A stretch of DNA of 64,000 nucleotides from an uncultured virus (IMG/VR IMGVR_UViG_3300008255_000103) (IMGVR_UViG_3300008255_000103:1-64000); one strand, 5' to 3'; counted from the first letter of the stretch, positions 39,112-49,262 are shown. Translations and numbers: made by a program. The notes: generated by a model not told the origin, from the letters alone.

Positions 39112-39960
39112 TTACTTAATGCCAAATATCTTATGAAAAAATTCTACAAATTTATTTTTTGGAACTGTAAGCATCTCCATTGGGGTCTCTATAACGTCAT
39201 GGTCAGAGATTAAATCTAAATCAATTGGCAATGGCGGCGTAATTGTTATTCTTTCCGACTCTTTATGATGTAAGCTTTCGGCAAATGCTTTAAATTCTTC
39301 GACAGTCCCCTTATACTGATTCCTATCCACAACAACATTGATACCAGGAACACGCAGAACTGTATCACCTTTTGCGCATTGATCTCCAGATCTTTGCCAA
39401 ATAGTCCAGCCTTTTGTTTTCCATATATAAGGAACATATATATCTGGAGTTTTAGTATAAGCAGCTAACCATAAAGGATAGCGATTTAGCTTTTTAACTA
39501 ATTCATCGCCAGGATACCACTCACCTTTATCGTTTTCTTTTCCACCATACTTATCAAAATATGGTCCACCAGTATAAACAATTGGCATTACATTTGTTTC
39601 TCTCTCCACGGTCTCTAAAAATGTAATTACCCAATTAATAAATTGTTGTTTTGATAATTTATTTCGGTCATCTTCTATATCAAGAACAAGCATATCGCCT
39701 TTATCTAAAGGACCTACTGTTTTAATAAAGTTCTTTACTTCTTTCACAGGATCATTTATAGTTCGGGCAAAATGATAGGCACCTCTAATTAGCCCAGCGT
39801 CTTTTATTCCCTTCCAATTATAAGAGAATCTTTTAGTAACATACGTTTCGCCCTCAGTGGCTTTACAGAAAGCATATTCAATACCGCTAGCTTTTACTTT
39901 ATCCCATTTAGGAAATCCTTGAACATCAGAGACATCAATACCTTCTAACATATTACCCAT
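39112..39960 (-). CDS. GH25 lysozyme (putative endolysin)
   Basis: GIDVS, KATEG, GAYHF, LDIE, LWLAAY, IWQ, VDRN. Confidence 0.92.
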   Translation of the reverse strand: MGNMLEGIDVSDVQGFPKWDKVKASGIEYAFCKATEGETYVTKRFSYNWKGIKDAGLIRGAYHFARTINDPVKEVKNFIKTVGPLDKGDMLVLDIEDDRNKLSKQQFINWVITFLETVERETNVMPIVYTGGPYFDKYGGKENDKGEWYPGDELVKKLNRYPLWLAAYTKTPDIYVPYIWKTKGWTIWQRSGDQCAKGDTVLRVPGINVVVDRNQYKGTVEEFKAFAESLHHKESERITITPPLPIDLDLISDHDVIETPMEMLTVPKNKFVEFFHKIFGIK

Positions 39961-40180
39961 ATTTTTTCCCCTCAATTCCTAAAACTCTAGCAACAAAGCC
40001 ATCTGCCAGCGTTAACTCGCCAGCAGATAGCTTTTTAATTACAGGATATAGTTCTGCCCCACACGAACATTCATCAGATTTTGAATTTTTACTCAATATC
40101 CATATTCTTCCACAATGCACGCAATGTGCAACGCTATATCTTCTCATGAAATTACTTTCTGCGGTCAACAACCCCACCAA
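39953..40180 (-). CDS. Small zinc-ribbon protein
   Basis: CVHCG...CSCG; true start probably MRRYS. Confidence 0.55.
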   Translation of the reverse strand: MVGLLTAESNFMRRYSVAHCVHCGRIWILSKNSKSDECSCGAELYPVIKKLSAGELTLADGFVARVLGIEGKKYG

Positions 40181-41507
40181 CTAATTTTCCAAATGCTGAT
40201 TGTTTCTGAGAAATCTTATCTTTTATTTTTTGAGCAGCAGATACATTTTCTTCTGTTCCAGTATCTAATTGTAAACTAAGATTTCTACTATCATCTTTGC
40301 CCTTAACAATCTTCATATGATCCTGAGCATCTTTCTTCAATTGAGTTACTCTGGATTCTGGCAATCCCAATCCTGTAAATATAGAGTATATCTTTACAAC
40401 TGGTTCAGGAATATCTATAGTATAAATACCCTTGTATACTCCCTTTGGAGATCCACATTGATCATTTACAATAGCCATTGCATAGTTAACACTAGAACTT
40501 GGAATTTGCGCCCAAACTTCTTTGTTTGCAGCAATAATTACACCAACATATTTTGATTGCTTTAAATCAAAACCACCAGCAAGTAAGTTTCCATTCAAAT
40601 TATTGATGACAGCCTCTGCAATAGCAGTATCTTCAGCATAATTTTCAACAGTCAACTCACCATAAATGGTTAAGCCTTCGCCGTCTGTAAATAACTTTCC
40701 CCACTCCATCGGATCAAGTCCCTTAACAGAAGATGCCATAGATGATAGAGTATTAAACATATCAATTGGTTCAACAATAGCCTTGTTAGCTGTTGGATAG
40801 AAATCAACTTGGCTTATATGTTGATAAATAGATTCAATCTTAGCATTATCAACAACAATAAGGTTATTGACTCTCTTTGTTTGAGTGAACTTTGCTAATT
40901 TAGAAAGCGTCTCTAATGCGTTTGATTTGGTTTGCGCATCTTCTGTTTCCATTGGCAATGCAGCGATAACAACTAATGGCTTGCCACTATCTGCTAATAG
41001 ATCTACTAAGGTTTCACATGAACCTGCGCCTGAACCGCCGCCTAAACTTAAGCATAAAACATTTACTAATGCATTTGCAAGCTTATCATTAATTAGTTGT
41101 AACATCTCACCACGATGTGACTCAGCAGCAGCTTTACCAATTTCTATTTCTTTAGCTGCGCCACCAAGTCCATACTCTAACAAAAGCTTATTAGAATCTG
41201 GAATATCAATATACTTTAAATCTTGCATAGCCGTATTAATAGCAATAGCGTCATAACCCAATTTATAAAATGATTCAGCTATTCTGGAGCCAGCTTGCCC
41301 GGTTCCTATAATACCTAATACTAAACTTCTTTCTTTCTTTGCAACAATTTTTGCTGCCATGGGAGTCTCCTGTTTTGCTTGACTTTTTGCTTTAAGGGCT
41401 GCTAATTTATCCATATCAACCGAATCTTCAGATGGTTTTGTTTCTTGAGAAACGTCATCTATTAGTTCTTCTGGTTTTGTTTCATCTGTAATCGAAGTTG
41501 CCGACAT
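40152..41507 (-). CDS. Tubulin/FtsZ-family GTPase
   Basis: GTGQAGSRIA, AINT..D, signature LGGGSGAG, VVDN, LDPME T7-like loop. Confidence 0.9.
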   Translation of the reverse strand: MSATSITDETKPEELIDDVSQETKPSEDSVDMDKLAALKAKSQAKQETPMAAKIVAKKERSLVLGIIGTGQAGSRIAESFYKLGYDAIAINTAMQDLKYIDIPDSNKLLLEYGLGGAAKEIEIGKAAAESHRGEMLQLINDKLANALVNVLCLSLGGGSGAGSCETLVDLLADSGKPLVVIAALPMETEDAQTKSNALETLSKLAKFTQTKRVNNLIVVDNAKIESIYQHISQVDFYPTANKAIVEPIDMFNTLSSMASSVKGLDPMEWGKLFTDGEGLTIYGELTVENYAEDTAIAEAVINNLNGNLLAGGFDLKQSKYVGVIIAANKEVWAQIPSSSVNYAMAIVNDQCGSPKGVYKGIYTIDIPEPVVKIYSIFTGLGLPESRVTQLKKDAQDHMKIVKGKDDSRNLSLQLDTGTEENVSAAQKIKDKISQKQSAFGKLVGGVVDRRK

Positions 41508-41522
41508 TAAAATTCTCCTAAT

Positions 41523-41720
41523 TTATTCAGTTAAACTTTGGCTAGTAGCTAATAATACAGAGTTATCTGCACTCTGCCTTAAAACAACAAAGTCTTTTTC
41601 CATGCGTATTACGTTGATCGCCTCATCATTTGCAGATACCGTATAAAAAGAATACATCAATTCAACATTTGCTTCCGGATCTTGACTAGATAATTGGCTT
41701 ATTAGGTCTTTCACTTTCAT
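41523..41720 (-). CDS. Small hypothetical phage protein
   Basis: MKVKDLISQLSSQDPEA.V, a common small-phage-protein N-terminal pattern. Confidence 0.6.
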   Translation of the reverse strand: MKVKDLISQLSSQDPEANVELMYSFYTVSANDEAINVIRMEKDFVVLRQSADNSVLLATSQSLTE

Positions 41721-41755
41721 GTAATTTCCCTTATTTATGCAATAATATTGCTTAC

Positions 41756-41884
41756 TTATCTCAAATTATTTAACAACTCCGACCACTCTCTTCTAGTTAA
41801 AGGTACTTGTAAATTTTCTTTAAAGTTTTGGATATTTACTGGAAAATCATCAAATCTTTTATTTACTTGTTTTATATCATTCAT
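41756..41884 (-). CDS. Small hypothetical protein (42 aa), not in the ORF track
   Basis: MNDIKQVNKRFDD...WSELLNNLR overlapping the endonuclease stop. Confidence 0.35.
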   Translation of the reverse strand: MNDIKQVNKRFDDFPVNIQNFKENLQVPLTRREWSELLNNLR

Positions 41885-42581
41885 TTGTATTCCATGTTTT
41901 TCCAGAGATAATATTTCCTATTGTGACAGCCGAAACTCTATACTCTTTAGATAAAGCAACTTTAGTATAATTTCCTGTCTTCCATTTCTCACGAATCTCT
42001 TTCACTTTCTGTATTGTAAGTTTTGAATGAGCATTATTTTCGCCAGCACACCTACCTTTTGATGAATCTCCAATTTTCTTTTTTGACCATTCTGAGTGTG
42101 TTCGTCCAAAAAATGGATTACCATCTCCAGAGAACATAATACTCATTTTCCGTAATGTTTCTAGAGATTTTTTCTTACCAAACATGGGATTTCCTTCTCC
42201 ACTCATTTTCAATGACATTCTTCGTTTATGATCATTGGACAAACTTATTGAGTCAAAAACCTGACCTTTTTCGTTATATCCGTATCCATCATCTTCTGAG
42301 TTATAAAACTTAATATAGTATAGTTCCCTGTCACAACTATCACCAAAACTATTACATTTCTCAAAAACTTCAAAAATAAAATGTTCTGACCCTACAGAAC
42401 TAATTTCTCTATGTATTTTTTGATGTGTTAAGTTGTTATCTAATATATGTTCAGCATAATAGTTATGTTGTCTATACCTATATCTGGGATTTTTTGTCCT
42501 ACCAATATAAACCTTATTATTAAGTAAGTTTGTTATTTTGTATAAATAGTAAACATCATTAAAGGGACATATATATCTCAT
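41877..42581 (-). CDS. GIY-YIG homing endonuclease with NUMOD3 repeats and HTH
   Basis: YLYKITN...VYIGRT, GYN, GNPMFGK/GNPFFGR repeats, C-terminal HTH; likely start at the ATGA overlap 42581. Confidence 0.88.
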   Translation of the reverse strand: MRYICPFNDVYYLYKITNLLNNKVYIGRTKNPRYRYRQHNYYAEHILDNNLTHQKIHREISSVGSEHFIFEVFEKCNSFGDSCDRELYYIKFYNSEDDGYGYNEKGQVFDSISLSNDHKRRMSLKMSGEGNPMFGKKKSLETLRKMSIMFSGDGNPFFGRTHSEWSKKKIGDSSKGRCAGENNAHSKLTIQKVKEIREKWKTGNYTKVALSKEYRVSAVTIGNIISGKTWNTNE

Positions 42582-43534
42582 TTCAAAAACCACTGGTTTG
42601 CAAGATACCATTGCACTGTTTGCTGTATACCATTAGGAAAAGTGTACTCTGGCATCCAACCTAAAGCTCGAATTTTAGACGAATCAACACTATATCTAAA
42701 ATCATGCCCAGGTCTATCCTTTGTAAAGGATATGAGTTTATGCCCGTCCTTCATAACATTACAGACTTTTTGCACAACTTCTATATTACTTAACTCTTGA
42801 TTAGCTGAGATATTATAAGTTTCATTTGGTTCACCTTTAGCAAGAATAGTTAACAAAGCTGAACAATTGTCAAAGACATGAAGCCAATCTCTCATTTGTA
42901 ATCCTTGACCATAGATAGGTATCGGATTACCTTCCAATATGTTTTTTATTACTTTAGGTAAGAGCTTTTCCGGTGTCTGCCTATGTCCATAGTTATTGGA
43001 AGATCTTGTAATGTTGTAAATTAAACCATGAGATTCATGAGCGGCTTTTACCATTAGCTCTCCAGACGCTTTAGATGCTGAATAAGGGTTTCTGGGATTT
43101 AACGGCGCATCTTCAGTCCAAGAAGGCTCTGCTTCGCTTTTTAAATGACCATATACCTCATCAGTAGATATATAAATCAATTTTTGTACACCATACTTAA
43201 TGCAAGCATTTGTTATTACTTGAGTTCCCAATACATTGGAAGTTACAAATGAATTGGGATCACTTAAAGAATAATCAACAAACGTCTCTGCTGCACCATG
43301 TATAACAATATCTGGCTTTTCAAACTGGAAAATTGTATCAATAACGTGTTGGTCTCGAATATCAGCTATATGAAAAGTATGATTCTTATTCCAATACATT
43401 GAGTTAATTGCATTTGAATTAACTCTATCTATACTTACGAAAGTATATGGATGTTTTTCATAAATAGCTTTACGTATAAAATTACCAAATATGAATCCGC
43501 AGGATCCAGTAATTAAAACTTTTGGTTTACTCAT
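42578..43534 (-). CDS. rfbB: dTDP-glucose 4,6-dehydratase-like extended SDR
   Basis: TGSCGFI, HGAAETFVD, STDEVYG, YSASK, SNNYG, RDWLHV.D, DRPGHDFRY. Confidence 0.9.
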   Translation of the reverse strand: MSKPKVLITGSCGFIFGNFIRKAIYEKHPYTFVSIDRVNSNAINSMYWNKNHTFHIADIRDQHVIDTIFQFEKPDIVIHGAAETFVDYSLSDPNSFVTSNVLGTQVITNACIKYGVQKLIYISTDEVYGHLKSEAEPSWTEDAPLNPRNPYSASKASGELMVKAAHESHGLIYNITRSSNNYGHRQTPEKLLPKVIKNILEGNPIPIYGQGLQMRDWLHVFDNCSALLTILAKGEPNETYNISANQELSNIEVVQKVCNVMKDGHKLISFTKDRPGHDFRYSVDSSKIRALGWMPEYTFPNGIQQTVQWYLANQWFLK

Positions 43535-43537
43535 AAC

Positions 43538-44365
43538 TTACCTGTTGTAAAGATTAAACTTTCTATCTTTTTCGTATATATCTTGGTCTAAGCAATAATG
43601 CTTTTCCCACTTATTTTTTAAATAGATTAGGTTGTGATTCAAAAACAATCTATTTGTTGGCACTTTTTTAAGAGAGCTACTGTCTTCATGATAGATATTG
43701 GTGCCACCACAGTACACAATCTTTTTTTCCATATTATACTTAATAGCTAAACATAAATCAACATCATCAAATCCCCAATGATATTTTTCATCCATACCAT
43801 TATTACCTGATTTTTGATTGTGATGTGCTGCCTTAAAGTATTTAGCTTTAGTTAAAAGAACTGCCCCCGTAACTACCTGAAATAAACGGTTTTTTTCAGC
43901 ATCATTATCAGATTCATCATTTAATCTAAAATGTGCTGGTGCTTTATGATTATTATTGAAAACAACACCTGCATGCTGTAATTTATTAGTATCTGTAAAT
44001 AATAATCTAGCCCCAACTACACCAATATGAGAATCTTCTTCCATTAATTTAATCATTTTATTGATTGATGTAGTGTCATTAAATATAACATCATTATTTA
44101 ACAATAACACATAATCATTATCATTTGGGGCAGCCTCATTAAAACACATATTGGTGCCTTGTGAAAAATTCTGCAAATTATTGTGATATGGTATTAATTT
44201 TATATTACCTTCCCAGTCAGACACAACATCTATTGTCCCGTCTGTTGATGCATTGTCTTTGATAAACCAAGTATAATCAATATCAGATAAAGAATGCAGC
44301 AGCGATTCTTTTAATTTAGTTAGTTTATCTATTCCGTTCCAAGTTAGTGTTAATATATGTAACAT
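43538..44365 (-). CDS. Family 2 glycosyltransferase (WbbL/rhamnosyltransferase-like)
   Basis: DNASTD, LLNND, LQHAG, VTGA, DDVDLC. Confidence 0.88.
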   Translation of the reverse strand: MLHILTLTWNGIDKLTKLKESLLHSLSDIDYTWFIKDNASTDGTIDVVSDWEGNIKLIPYHNNLQNFSQGTNMCFNEAAPNDNDYVLLLNNDVIFNDTTSINKMIKLMEEDSHIGVVGARLLFTDTNKLQHAGVVFNNNHKAPAHFRLNDESDNDAEKNRLFQVVTGAVLLTKAKYFKAAHHNQKSGNNGMDEKYHWGFDDVDLCLAIKYNMEKKIVYCGGTNIYHEDSSSLKKVPTNRLFLNHNLIYLKNKWEKHYCLDQDIYEKDRKFNLYNR

Positions 44366-44374
44366 ATTCTACCT

Positions 44375-45382
44375 TTATAAAGCGGTTCTTAATCCACCCA
44401 TAACCGCTATATCTCCGTTTGTTCCAAAATATAATGATGGACCCACGTATGTATTATTCATAAGAGGAATGTGTTTTCCTACATTATACGCAAACGGCGT
44501 AACTACTCCTTGCAGTTTGCCGCTAACTATTCCATAACCAAATCCAAGTTGTAAGAATGAAAAATCAGGCTGATTTTTATATCTTCCATATGACATAAAC
44601 CCTATATCCAGGTTAGGCGCAAATTCAGCATTCATTTGTGACAAATTTAAACCAGTATCAACCCCCATAAATAACCTGGGGTTCCAAAAACTAAAACCAG
44701 CTTCAGGATACTCCTGCTTAGAAACTGCTTTATCAATTCTTAAATCATATGATCTGCCATCTACAACTACAGTGAATTTATTATAAATGTATTCTCTTTG
44801 ATTTTCATCAACTCCAGTAACCGTGGTTACTCTATATTGTCTCGGTAATACATTTATATACCATGGATCTTTTTTCCATGCAGAAAATCCAACCTGACCA
44901 AATGGCACAGATGTATTTCCAAATTGTTCTGATAAATCTAAATCTTTACGTGCCGCCATATATCCAAAAGGATCTGCATTAGGACACGGAACTTGGGTTC
45001 CATTACAATCTACTGTTGGTGTTTGTGGATTAGGATTAGTAGGACCCGTATTGGTACTTGGTACATTATCCTTTTTTGTTCCATTACTTACAACCGTAAC
45101 AACATTTATGGATTTAATCTCTGCATGCAACTTATCCATATCATTTCGAATTGCATCTAATGCTACACCATTATTTTTAGCAAATACTTCAATATCTTTT
45201 CTTGTGGCATATTCGCCCATACTACGAGTTATTCCGTCAGTTAATTCTTTTTGTTTAATAACTTCAGTTTCTATAGCTTTCTGTCTTTCTGAAATTTCAA
45301 ATTGCTTATATATTATTAATGAAGTTGCACACAAAGCAACAATAACGCCAACTGTAATTAATATTTTTGTTAGTAATGACAT
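44375..45382 (-). CDS. Membrane-anchored hypothetical protein
   Basis: N-terminal hydrophobic helix, coiled region, amphipathic beta-strand-rich C-terminus. Confidence 0.6.
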   Translation of the reverse strand: MSLLTKILITVGVIVALCATSLIIYKQFEISERQKAIETEVIKQKELTDGITRSMGEYATRKDIEVFAKNNGVALDAIRNDMDKLHAEIKSINVVTVVSNGTKKDNVPSTNTGPTNPNPQTPTVDCNGTQVPCPNADPFGYMAARKDLDLSEQFGNTSVPFGQVGFSAWKKDPWYINVLPRQYRVTTVTGVDENQREYIYNKFTVVVDGRSYDLRIDKAVSKQEYPEAGFSFWNPRLFMGVDTGLNLSQMNAEFAPNLDIGFMSYGRYKNQPDFSFLQLGFGYGIVSGKLQGVVTPFAYNVGKHIPLMNNTYVGPSLYFGTNGDIAVMGGLRTAL

Positions 45383-45430
45383 GATAACCTTAGAGGTATA
45401 TAATTCCTGTACACCTCCACCTATACCAAA

Positions 45431-45487
45431 TCATTTCATCCATTTATTTACAAAAATATCTCTGGCTGATTTATACAATTGGTAACT
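45431..45487 (-). pseudogene. Orphaned 3' stub of the 46427..47113 glycosyltransferase
   Basis: Reads SYQLYKSARDIFVNKWMK* versus GT C-terminus TYKLYKNARSIFIKKWEK. Confidence 0.72.
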
Positions 45488-46451
45488 TTTTTCTATTTCC
45501 AGCACAATCGGGGCACCAATGTCCCCTTTCTATAGAATATCCAATAGCTGTCCATATATGTCCATTTTTACATTTCCAAATTAATTTTGTATTATAATTA
45601 ATATATATATTACTCAAACACTCGCCATCCCTATTTTTTGCCAACTCTTTATATTTTTGGATTTTATCAGAGTATAATTTGGTTAAATCCAAAAAAATAT
45701 CTCTAGGTATAAATCCATATTCTATTAAAATATTATTAATTATATCAGTAATTGATTTTAAATTAACATGATTATTGAAATATGGAATTAAAATCAATAA
45801 AACATTATTTTCTGAACATAATTTTTGTTTAAGTAAATCATCTTCTTTTCTTTTATCTAATTGTTTTTGAGTTTTAATAAAAAAACCATCTATTTCATAA
45901 TGTTGAATTCCTTGATATTCAAAAGCAATTTTTAATTCAGAATTAAATCCATCTAATTCTAATAATGATCCTGATTTTTTTCTTAACCATTTTGGTTTAG
46001 CCTTAGAAAACGGTTTTTTAAAAAATTGTTCAAAAAATAATCTACATATATTCTCTCCAACATGAGTATTGCAAATAGGGCACCAAGAATTTTTTGATTT
46101 CACATTATTAAAATTTGCCTTCCATATATGTCCAAATTTGCACTCCCATTTTAATGCTGTGGCAGAATTTACATATTTTGTAGATCTACAATAACCATCT
46201 TTGGATTTAGCAAAATATATACAGTCTTGTAATGTTAATTTTTTATTTTGAGAACAAACTGGACACCATTTACCACATTTAATATTTGCTGGAGATGCCC
46301 GCCAAATATGACCAAACTCACATTCCCATAATAATTTAGAATGAATAGATACATACTCTTTAGATAAACATTTTCCGCCTTTATCTACTGCATATTTATT
46401 GCAAATAGATAAAAAATCATATTTGGTCATTTTATTATATGTTTTTCCCAT
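45471..46451 (-). CDS. Putative homing endonuclease with repeated zinc-ribbon modules and PD-(D/E)xK-like core
   Basis: Three GxCLS..Y....L.W.C..GH.W...WCP.C repeats; LELDGF...AFEYQGIQHY. Confidence 0.75.
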   Translation of the reverse strand: MGKTYNKMTKYDFLSICNKYAVDKGGKCLSKEYVSIHSKLLWECEFGHIWRASPANIKCGKWCPVCSQNKKLTLQDCIYFAKSKDGYCRSTKYVNSATALKWECKFGHIWKANFNNVKSKNSWCPICNTHVGENICRLFFEQFFKKPFSKAKPKWLRKKSGSLLELDGFNSELKIAFEYQGIQHYEIDGFFIKTQKQLDKRKEDDLLKQKLCSENNVLLILIPYFNNHVNLKSITDIINNILIEYGFIPRDIFLDLTKLYSDKIQKYKELAKNRDGECLSNIYINYNTKLIWKCKNGHIWTAIGYSIERGHWCPDCAGNRKKLPIV

Positions 46452-47113
46452 TTTTTTATGAAAATACTTCTTGCATTTTTATATAGTTTATAAGTATTTA
46501 ACTGCTTACTACTGATTTTACCAAAATGAACAACCGGAATATCTACGACACTTAATTGTATTCCCTTTTCTCGTGCTCTAAAAGATAAATCGGTATCTTC
46601 AAAGTAACAAAAGAACTCTTCACTAAATATCTCTTTATTACCAGAAATATCTAATTTTTGCCATATTTCTTTTGAACTAGCAATACACCAACCAGATAGA
46701 TATGACCTTTTAGTTGGAAGTTGCCCATCTGCTTCCATTACAAATTCTAATTTATCATTCAATAATCCCATTGTTGGTCCACATAAAGCATCTGAACACT
46801 TATCAATAAGCGGCTTTGTCCAATCAGAATAATTAGATTTAACTCTGATATCATTGTTTAAAAACAAAACATTAGGGGCGCTGGAATATAAATAACCATA
46901 ATTACACCCACTTGCAAATCCTGAATTATGACCCATTTCTTTATACACAATTTCTTTTGAATTTTTTAATTGAGATTTTGTTTCATCTGTACTACCATTA
47001 TCTATGATAATTATCTCATGATCATTTGATAGTTGAGATAAGTCTTTTAAACATGATTTTGTAAAGTTATATTTATTAAATACAGGAATAACTATACTTA
47101 ATATCTTATTCAT
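46427..47113 (-). CDS. Family 2 glycosyltransferase
   Basis: SIVIPVFN, DNGSTD, GFASGCN, FLNND, YFEDTD. Confidence 0.9.
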   Translation of the reverse strand: MNKILSIVIPVFNKYNFTKSCLKDLSQLSNDHEIIIIDNGSTDETKSQLKNSKEIVYKEMGHNSGFASGCNYGYLYSSAPNVLFLNNDIRVKSNYSDWTKPLIDKCSDALCGPTMGLLNDKLEFVMEADGQLPTKRSYLSGWCIASSKEIWQKLDISGNKEIFSEEFFCYFEDTDLSFRAREKGIQLSVVDIPVVHFGKISSKQLNTYKLYKNARSIFIKKWEKHIIK

Positions 47114-47528
47114 TAAGATTCTCCATTTTACTTAACTTAGTTATTGCTTCAGGATTTACTAAACTCATACTAATTGTTTCATGTACAGCCCATCCAAGTA
47201 ATAAATGTCTATTAGATTTAATTATTCTTTTTCTTGGATCAATAATTATAGTATTATGATCAAATGGTTCTAATTTTGGAATATCTGGTCCTAAAACTTC
47301 AATATCCATTCTAACAGAAACTTCCTCAAGTAATTTTAAATCTTCAAGTTCTATAATTTCTCCGGGAAAACATAGCTTATTTTCTTTAAGATACAAATTA
47401 GATTTAGGAAGATATGTAATACTATCTTCATTTACAGAGGTTAATAATTTTTTGTGTAACTTTTCCCCAAGTATATTCAGTAACCAGTTCTTGCATTTTA
47501 GGAGAGAATTTTGCATGGTAGCCTCCAT
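47106..47528 (-). CDS. Hypothetical protein (start uncertain)
   Basis: Fills the gap between two GT genes; the track start overlaps the upstream gene by ~100 nt. Confidence 0.45.
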   Translation of the reverse strand: MEATMQNSLLKCKNWLLNILGEKLHKKLLTSVNEDSITYLPKSNLYLKENKLCFPGEIIELEDLKLLEEVSVRMDIEVLGPDIPKLEPFDHNTIIIDPRKRIIKSNRHLLLGWAVHETISMSLVNPEAITKLSKMENLNE

Positions 47529-48555
47529 AATTATTCACAACATCTTTTAACGCCTGAGCCGCTTTATCAACATCAGGTTCAAATACTTTTGCATATGGCG
47601 ATGGTTCCCAATATTGCATTCTTTTATCTGCTCTAATTTCTTTTCCATCTATTAGAACGGAATTATCATCGTTCATAAAATCTAATTGACCACCATAACG
47701 AGGCGCAACAACAATTTTATTAGCTCCAAATCCTTCTAAACCTGGCATCCAAAAACATTCAGCATGAGACATTGAAAATACAATATCACAAGCATTGTAT
47801 AATGATTCAATATCTGTAATAAAATGATCAATTATCTCTACTTCACCACGCTTTTTATATTCCATACAAAAATCTCTATAAATATCATTGAATGGTATAC
47901 TGCTCGTATGAGTATGTGATTGTGGGCTGGTTCTTGATACCTTCAAAACCAAACAAACATCATCACTTTTAGTAAAAGCTTTACCATATGCTTTCAAAAC
48001 ATTTGGAATATTCTTTCTAAGATGTGGTTGAGCTATATTAACTAATATTTTATATTTCTTTTTAGTTTTTAGTGGATATTTATCTGCCGATTTAAACTTA
48101 TCTAAATGTATACCATGTGGAATAACAACTTGATGATCTGATGGCATGCCATTATCTGTAAATATCTTTTTAGAAAAATTAGATGACGGTAATACTTTAT
48201 CTACAGATTTATAATATTTTGCAAAAGCAGGTGGTAAAACTGTTGTCTCGTAATTCCAAATTCCAAATCTATTTTTATCGCCTCTTACAAAATAATAAGG
48301 AAAATTCTTAAGTGCAGTATAGGATAGTTGACATTCGTATAATTTATCTGGCTCTCTACCGAAAATATGTTGAGGTTCATTTTCATTTATGAATCCAACT
48401 AAATTATTTTTAAGATCATTTGGGAAATATGTATTTCCATTTGTTGAAAATATATGTACTTCATTATTTTGTTTAATCAACTCTCTACATATATTTTGAG
48501 CTACAATTGACCAAGAAAAGTTTTTGGCAGCAAAACCATACCATAAAATCTTCAT
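47428..48555 (-). CDS. GT-B glycosyltransferase (GT4-like)
   Basis: IPHGI, RKN, SHAECFWMPGLEG (E-x7-E) motif. Confidence 0.88.
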   Translation of the reverse strand: MKILWYGFAAKNFSWSIVAQNICRELIKQNNEVHIFSTNGNTYFPNDLKNNLVGFINENEPQHIFGREPDKLYECQLSYTALKNFPYYFVRGDKNRFGIWNYETTVLPPAFAKYYKSVDKVLPSSNFSKKIFTDNGMPSDHQVVIPHGIHLDKFKSADKYPLKTKKKYKILVNIAQPHLRKNIPNVLKAYGKAFTKSDDVCLVLKVSRTSPQSHTHTSSIPFNDIYRDFCMEYKKRGEVEIIDHFITDIESLYNACDIVFSMSHAECFWMPGLEGFGANKIVVAPRYGGQLDFMNDDNSVLIDGKEIRADKRMQYWEPSPYAKVFEPDVDKAAQALKDVVNNYGGYHAKFSPKMQELVTEYTWGKVTQKIINLCK

Positions 48556-49262
48556 CTTCTATTCCCGTTTTTAATATTTTCTTTAGCAGAATAAGGTCTC
48601 AAATTTTCCAATGACCAACATTTCTTAAAATTTTCATCATTCATCGATGTATATGGTAATTTACTTTGTGGAATTATATGATCTATATTCCATTTCCAAG
48701 TATTTTTATCTTGATCATTCCAATTACTTAGATCATATTTACCATGATTGTCCCAATTCATCCATGGCTCAAATAAAGATTCTAGATAACTTTTTAACTC
48801 ATCAATAGTATAATCTAGATAATTTATACAAGAAGAATTCTTTATACTATTATTATTTTTTAATGCAGACCCTATATATATTGAAATATACTGCCTTAAC
48901 TTAAATTCAATATCTGTTTTTCTTCTATCAATCATTTTATGATTTCTTTGATTTTTATAAGAGTTTTGATATTTTCTAATACAATCTTTACATCTTCCAA
49001 CAAAATATAATCCTTTGATGCCTTTTCTTTGATGGAAATTATCAGAATTAGCTTCTTTTTCTATTTTACACGAAGAGCATATTTTGGTTACACAATTATA
49101 TAATGATTTGTTTTTTGTATATAATCGCTCACAATAATACTTACTTGTACACTTTTTACATTTTGTACGATAATATTGTTTTCCATTTCTGCCTTTAGTA
49201 ATAGGGAAATTTTTAATATTTTGCAATATACCACAATTAGAACATACCTTCTTCATACCCAT
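48552..49262 (-). CDS. Putative HNH-type homing endonuclease
   Basis: Two CxxC...CxxC modules, WNIDHIIP...NLRP...N. Confidence 0.75.
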   Translation of the reverse strand: MGMKKVCSNCGILQNIKNFPITKGRNGKQYYRTKCKKCTSKYYCERLYTKNKSLYNCVTKICSSCKIEKEANSDNFHQRKGIKGLYFVGRCKDCIRKYQNSYKNQRNHKMIDRRKTDIEFKLRQYISIYIGSALKNNNSIKNSSCINYLDYTIDELKSYLESLFEPWMNWDNHGKYDLSNWNDQDKNTWKWNIDHIIPQSKLPYTSMNDENFKKCWSLENLRPYSAKENIKNGNRR

